Assembly (NCBI GenBank): GCA_051294905.1
Contig: CM119372.1
Coordinates: 22,260,001 to 22,324,000, forward strand
From: Botryllus schlosseri
Lineage: Eukaryota
Length of the DNA stretch: 64,000 nt
Reading direction: 5' to 3'
Part shown: in pieces, positions 62,600 through 64,000 of the stretch
Numbering within the stretch: position 1 is the stretch's first letter
How the letters are laid out: the number at the start of each line of letters is the position of its first letter
Program-made: the position numbers and the translations under genes
The notes under the pieces: model-generated
What the model saw: the letters and a program-made list of their open reading frames with translations, nothing else
What the model was told of the DNA's origin: nothing
The model's database searches: none

Positions 62600-64000
62600 T
62601 GCAGCACTAATTAAAGGCAAAGTCGCTATTGGTCTTTATTGATTTTGACTGTGTTCCATATCGAGTTGGGTGACAGAATTTCGTATGGTATATTTTGATG
62701 CTGTCATCTAGACCTGTACCAAGTTTCAAGGCTGTGACTCAATGATTAGCGTGATAATTTTGCTATAAAATCGAGTATTTGGTAGATGAGCGCGCACCGA
62801 TATATTGCCGACTTTGATAACGGAATTACCATGCTAATCATTAAGTGACAATCCTGAAACTTACTGCGAAGTTAGATAACACAACCCAGATATTCCATGC
62901 CAAATTTCGTCATCCATCTCGGTATGGAACACTTTCAAAATTCACATATACCAATATCAAATTTTGCGAAAATTCCTTATGCGGTAGGCTCAAAGCCAAA
63001 TCATCGCACGGAGACACTGGATACTCGAATTTGTTAACGTACTTACTACTTTATACAGTCACACCCTTGAAACTTCGTACAGCGTTAGATTCCTTCATCA
63101 AGATATACAATACGAAATTTTATTATCCGTAGCCGTATAAAATACATTTAAATTGTACACATACAATACTGGCTTTTGCAATAAAATCTGCTATGCGGCA
63201 GGCTGAATGCCAAATCAGCGCGCACCCTGACATCCGCGACTTTGATAACTAAATTGCTACCGTAATTAATTGAGTCACAGCCTTGAAACTCGATACAGTG
63301 CTAGATGTCTCCATCAGAATATATAATACGATATTTTGTTATCCACCGCGGAATAAAACACATTCAAAACCTACATATAGCATTATAGCAATTTCGGCTT
63401 TTGTGAAAAATCTGTCATGCAGTAGGCTATATGGTAGGTCAGCGATGTACTTGATAAACGCGACTATGATAACGAAATTACTATCCTGATCACCGAGTCA
63501 CACCCTCAAAAATTGGTTCAGTGTAAGATGCAATCATCTGACCTTCAGCCTACCGCATAACTGATTTTTCACGAAAAACAGTATTGGTATGTGGAGATTT
63601 TGATTGTGTCCTATACGGTGATGGATAGCAAAATTTCGTACTTCATATCTTCATGATGACATCTAACACTGTACGAAGTTTTAAGGCTGTGACACAATAA
63701 TTACAGCAGTAAGCACGCTATCAAAGTCGAGAATCACGGGTCCGCGTGCGCTGATGTCGCAATGAGCCTACCTCTTAATGGAATTTTCGCAAAATTTGAT
63801 ATTGGTATATGTGAGCTTTGAAAGTGTTCCATACCGAGATGGATGACGAAATTTGGCATGGTATATCTTGGTTGTGTTATGGAGCTTCGCAGTAAGTTTC
63901 AGTATCGTCACTCAATGATTAGCATAGTAATTCCGTTATCAAAGTCGGCAATATATCGGTGCGCGCTCATCTACCAAATACTCGATTTTATAGCAAAATT
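62600..64000. repeat. Foldback/satellite-like element of degenerate ~200-bp subunits, running off the window end
   Basis: 62756-62976 is a close reverse complement of 63780-64000; GTCACA..CTTGAAACT subunit motifs recur in both orientations. Confidence 0.85.

Noticed and set aside
59650..64000. Chordin signal-peptide and first CR1 exons
   Set aside because: No W-x-P...C-x-x-C-x-C exon was found by eye; the region is mostly repeats, so these exons probably lie beyond the window.

Overview
Eukaryotic, AT-rich animal DNA. The many ~60-80 nt introns and the divergent chordate-type proteins suggest an ascidian tunicate, but that is inference. Three protein-coding genes can be assembled by hand with consistent splice phases. 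(1) An even-skipped/Evx homeobox gene (+, 7 predicted coding exons, 12565-24559); its best-scoring exon chain contains one in-frame TGA upstream of the homeobox. (2) An intronless MORN1-like gene (+, 34633-36051). (3) Chordin (-, 20 exons in the window, 59645-36839; 5' end not found and probably outside the window), with a GC-AG intron and an apparently truncated CR4 domain. Introns and intergenic DNA are packed with non-autonomous hAT-type TIR elements with readable 8-bp TSDs, often nested three or four deep. There is also a Gypsy LTR remnant, tRNA-derived SINEs, a Tc1/mariner-type foldback, hAT and hATm-like transposase remnants and a 330-bp tandem array. All coordinates were counted manually and may be off by a few bases. 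No prokaryote-type systems (CRISPR, operons, rRNA) were seen.
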